The notes under the pieces were generated by a model. That model was not told the origin of the DNA, made no database searches, and was given only the letters and a program-made list of their open reading frames with translations. A stretch of 64,000 nt of DNA from the human T2T-CHM13v2.0 reference genome, Homo sapiens, in the NCBI RefSeq assembly GCF_009914755.1, contig NC_060938.1. One strand, given 5' to 3'. The first letter of the stretch is position 1. Each line of letters starts with the position of its first letter. Shown here piece by piece: positions 59,709 through 64,000 of the stretch. The translations under genes and the position numbers were made by a program.

Positions 59709-60329
59709 GAAGAAAAAGAATTTGTGTCGTGTTTCCTCATTAATGTTGGTTGAAAGCATGTTTGCACTTGTCTTTGAGTTGTGTTTTATTAACATCGATT
59801 GGCATATTAAAAGTCCCTCTGAGCTTACCTTGTCTAAAAAAATGTAAGAAGAAGGACTATGAGGCAGAGGGGCTGGTGTGAGCACATGCTGGGCAGGAGG
59901 AAAGAGGTAATGATCAGGACCAGGGAAATCCCCAAACCCAGCAAGTCAGGGAGCCAAATGAAAGCCTTTCATCCTGTATCGGCCACCTAACCCCATCGAC
60001 ACTCCAAGTGAACATTCTCTCTTAGAGATACTCATTGTCCTGTTTTTTCTGTAACCTTGCAAAGGAATCTGATTTCTCCCATTAGCCTTTCACAGGACAA
60101 AAATTTCACATTAGAATGCTATTCTTTAGAAGGCATCTTAGATTAGGCTGCAAGGAGATTGAGGAAGTTACTGTCAGTCACTTATACCCCACAGGGACAT
60201 TAATTCACCAGAGCTTTGGTGGGGGAGTAGAGGACCTCATTACAAGCAGGTCTGGATGCTGCACAGAGTGTAAAGGAGGCAGAAGGATCCAGGACACCTA
60301 GGTCTGGAGACAGCGCCAGTGCTGGGAGG

Positions 60330-60690
60330 TACCGTTATTATCCCCATTTTACAGAGGAGGAAACAGACACTGGCAGGTAATGTGATCAAGACCATGCTGC
60401 CGTGCAGTACAGGAGCCAGGATCTAAACCCAGGCAGCCTGCCTTGCCATCAGCGCTCTCACCCATAACCTCGTGCTGCCTTTAAGCAGGATTGCCCTGTG
60501 GCCAGGGGCACAGCTTCTGGGTTCACGTTCCAGCTTCTCTACAATTTTCAGCTGTGTGACCTTGGGCAAGTTACTTGTCTGTGCTCAGCGTCCTCTGCAC
60601 AGTGGGTATAGCAATACCTGCCTCATGGCGTCCCTTAAGTGAGTTAACCACTGTAACATGCTTAGAATGGTGCCATGTGCATTGTCACCA
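60330..60690. mobile_element. Two MIR fragments in opposite orientations
   Basis: TTATCCCCATTTTACAGAGGAGGAAAC (antisense core) and GCTGTGTGACCTTGGGCAAGTTACTT (sense core). Confidence 0.75.
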
Positions 60691-61734
60691 TCCAGTACAT
60701 ATGAGCCATCATGCCTGAATCCCAGATGGATTAAAAGTCCCTCTGAGCTTACCTTCTCTAAAAAAATGTAAGAGAAAGGGCCTGTGGGAAGGACTATGAG
60801 GCAGAGGGGCTGGTGTGAGCACATGCTGGGCAGGAGGAAAGAGGTAATGACCAGGACCATTGAAGGGTCTAAAATGACCAGGATCCTTGAAGGGTCTAAA
60901 ATCTAGGATCCTGAAATGCCTGGCAGTGGGATCGTGAAATCCTCTGGCAGCATTTTAACATATTTTGGCTGCAGAATTGTACCCTGCTTCCCGGGTCTAG
61001 AAGGTGTGGGATCAGCTGCTTCCTCAGTTCAGCCCCAAAGTAGGCAAATAAGGTTTTGTCACAGGCTTGTCTAGGGCCCAGCCCCTGTAACCTCCTCTTG
61101 TCCCTCCCTTGCATGCTCCCTCACCCATATTCACACATGCACTCCAGGCCTTCTGAGCCCCAAGGGAAGGAGAGAGGGTGGGGAGTGGGTTCACTGGTCT
61201 ACCGAAGCATGCTGCCTTCAGCCCTGCTGAACTGCTGGGTCCAGGGAATGGGCCTGCAGCTGAAGGGGTCTTGCCATCCCTTTAACTTTAAACTTTGATT
61301 TGCAGTGATCCAAGAGCTTCATCTCTTCCTGTGATCCTGTCTGGATGTTTATGCTGGATAGCACGGGCCCCTTCTGGCAGGGGTGCACATGCTAGGGCCT
61401 GGTTGGCAGCCATGGCAGGTGAGGAGACCTTGGCAGATGAGAAGACCTTCTGCTTCTGCTTCAATGTAGGGGTCTTCTCCTGGCTCTCAGTACATTCCTC
61501 CTGAGCCATGATGGGCCCCAGTTCAATGAAACCTTCTGCGGCAGCATCATGGTGTCCAGGGGTATAATCTGGAGCATGTGCCAGTGCTACCCCAAGGTAT
61601 GTGGTTGTGGGGCTGAGTGGAGCCCGAAGGGCTGGATCTTGTACCTCTCTTCCATGTATCTGCCCCATCCTTCAATCATCTTCTTGTTATTTTCATTTTG
61701 ACTCCCGTTTCATTCTGTCTTCTCTTCTGAGCAC

Positions 61735-61860
61735 CCATCCATTCATTTATCCATTCATCCATCTATTCATCCATCCATTCATCCCAGCATCAATCTATCA
61801 ATCCATGCATCCATCCATTTATTTGTCCAACCACCCATCCATCTATCTGTCCATCATTTA
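61735..61860 (+). repeat. (CATC)n simple repeat
   Basis: Degenerate CCATCCATTCATCC tract. Confidence 0.85.
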
Positions 61861-62049
61861 GCATAAGGATTGATCAGAAGCCTCCTGGTTCTGGAGCCAT
61901 AGACCAGACACCATGGGGAGACATGATGAAAAACAACATATGATTTGTGTGCTTGAAACAAAAGCTAATGAGTGCTTACCACCTGCCTGGTAGTCCTACA
62001 TTCAGGGTGCAGTTCTCTCCTCATCCTGAGCTTTTTGGTACCTCCTATA

Positions 62050-62760
62050 GTTTCATTTTGTAGTAGAGAATGCTGAGCCTCATAAAGTGGGGTCACACAG
62101 CTGCGTAGTGGAGTTTGGATTGGAGCTCAGATGTGTGTGACTTAGGCATCACCCTCTGCCTTGAGTCCTCCACTCCAGGGTCCCAGAGTGCTGAGCATTC
62201 TGGGGTTGGTCAGCTCTAACCTTGGTGGCATGCATTGAGCAACTCTCCATATTTTGGAGTCTTAATGTATTCCTAGCCTTAGTGATGGCAAGGACCCTGC
62301 TTTGGGAGACCTGAGTTCTAGTTCGTCCTGTCTCAAACTTTCTGTGTGATCTTTGTCTTTCTGAGTCCAGTATTTGCATCTGCATAATAGGACACAAGCA
62401 CCAACTTTCACAGCCTCATAGGGCTATTATAGAGGTCAGAGAAGAGAAGAGATATACAAATACTTGTAGACTGTAGAGTGTTTTGTTTAGGTGAAGGGCT
62501 ATCAGGTCCTGACAACCCTCTGGAATGAACATGTCAGAAGTTGTAAACCTTCAATGTCCACAGAGGTGGAGTGACTCTTCCAAGGTCACATAGCTAGTCA
62601 GAGACAGACCTAGGGGAAAAAAATGAAAGAAACATGGAATCTAACTCGGGCTCTGTCTCTAACTGCCTGGGAGACTGCTCAAGCCCCTTCCCTCTATAGG
62701 CCTCAGTTTCCTTGTTTTTACAATATGTGAGACAGGATGAGGGGATTGATTGGGAGGATA
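62050..62760. mobile_element. Cluster of MIR fragments
   Basis: GGTCACACAGCT, GAGACCTGAGTTCTAG, CCAAGGTCACATAGCTAGT and GGCCTCAGTTTCCTTG cores. Confidence 0.6.
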
Positions 62761-63252
62761 TCTGGAGGCCTTGCTAGAACTCACCTCTAGGGCACAGGCT
62801 TGGGAATCCCCAGAACCCCCATATTGTCCTTTACACCTGGATGGCTGTGCTCAAGGGCTCAGGGAGGGGGGACTCTTGTGGCCCTGGACTCCCTAGCCCT
62901 TCCCCTTCTGTGGGCCCACCCTGTGCTGTCAACGTGTTAGGTGCTGGAATGGTCTCAGCTGGTTTGTAGTCATTTCCGAGGAAGTTTATGGTAACCTCAC
63001 CTCTGTCCATGCCATGTCCTGAGCAGAGGTCCCCGGGAGAAGTCCTGGAGGCCAGAGCTACCCATGTCACCACTAGCCATGGTAGTCCTCTTCCCCATGA
63101 GGAGGCTGCACCCTGGGAGATGGCATCGGGTGGAACGGGACATCTGTCCTGACCTCCCCGTTAAGCAGAGGTGGCTCTGGGACTGTGGGCAGGGATACTG
63201 GAGCAGCAGTGGGAAACGAAGTGGAGGAGGAAATATTGCTGGGTACTAATGA

Positions 63253-63423
63253 GTCACAGTTGATAGACTCATGTCTTCATGTGCTTTGGAGGCAGTCTGG
63301 TGGGGTGCACATGGCTTATGTTTTGGTGACCTACAGGCTTACATTCAAATAGCTGTTACCTCATGCTCCACGTCTGTGACCTTGGCAGGGGGAGCTCCTC
63401 AACCCCGAACCTTGCACAGCTGA
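63253..63423 (+). pseudogene. FAM182-family paralogous segment (FAM182B C-terminus-like)
   Basis: Translates VTVDRLMSSCALEAVWWGAHGLCFGDLQAYIQIAVTSCSTSVTLAGGAPQPRTLHS*, resembling my recollection of the putative FAM182B C-terminus; in-frame stops lie immediately upstream. From memory only. Confidence 0.45.
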
Positions 63424-64000
63424 GTGGGAGAAACCAGAGTGGTCTTGTGTTGTCAGGGACCTGGCATCATACCTGGCACAGAGCACTTGTGAAATTTTCA
63501 TTCTCAAGATTGGCATTTGTAGCTCTGGGGGATACACAGAGAGGTCTGTGTATGTATGGGCAGGTACACGTGGATAGGTGTGGGTCTGTTTGTGTGTGTG
63601 GGAGTGCATGTTTCAGGGACACAGGCTATTCAAAACCAGCACAAGGTGACTCCAATAAGGGAAGGGAAGAAAGCACATGGTAAACCAGGAAGACACTCTA
63701 GAGATGAGGCTTCCTGCACCCCACATGGTCTGTTGGTGCCTGTGCCATTGTAGCCTTCAGTGCTCATGCTTGTCCTACCCTCAGGGTCCTCCCCCAGATC
63801 TCAGTTCCTGGCCTGTGGAAAGCGTCAGTAAATGGGGAAACATAAATATAAGGGAATATAACTAGCTAATTAGGGTAATTAAGTGAGGAGTAGCCATTTC
63901 CAACATGCATTAAGCTGTCCCTGATTTTTAGGGCCTGGAGGTCTAGTGAGAGACACAATTTGCGGCATGATGGGGAGGAAGTAGGATTCACAGAGAAGGT

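Overview
Primate (human-like) pericentromeric DNA; no intact protein-coding gene is supported, and most long ORFs are artefacts of simple repeats. Bases 1-7216 are a divergent Satellite III (GGAAT/GGAGT)n array punctuated by ten ~63-bp copies of one decayed Alu 3'-end fragment. Variants of that fragment recur in a fixed order and define a ~2.6-kb higher-order unit. The array ends abruptly and is followed by an AT-rich, transposon-dense segmental-duplication mosaic (Alu, L1M, MaLR, MER34, THE1, MER20/MER30, Tigger). The mosaic holds two copies of a 22-bp GC-rich GCTTTTTGC array. Copy 1 is fused to a truncated KSR1 exon-1 fragment. Copy 2 is a paralogue that lacks ~5.8 kb. A 1.2-kb (GAAAT/GAT)n block and a 0.67-kb purine tract are also present. 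From ~59.7 kb there is a GC-richer, MIR-rich block with probable FAM182-family similarity. Family and subfamily calls come from recalled consensus sequences, not from searches, and the boundaries of old repeats are approximate.
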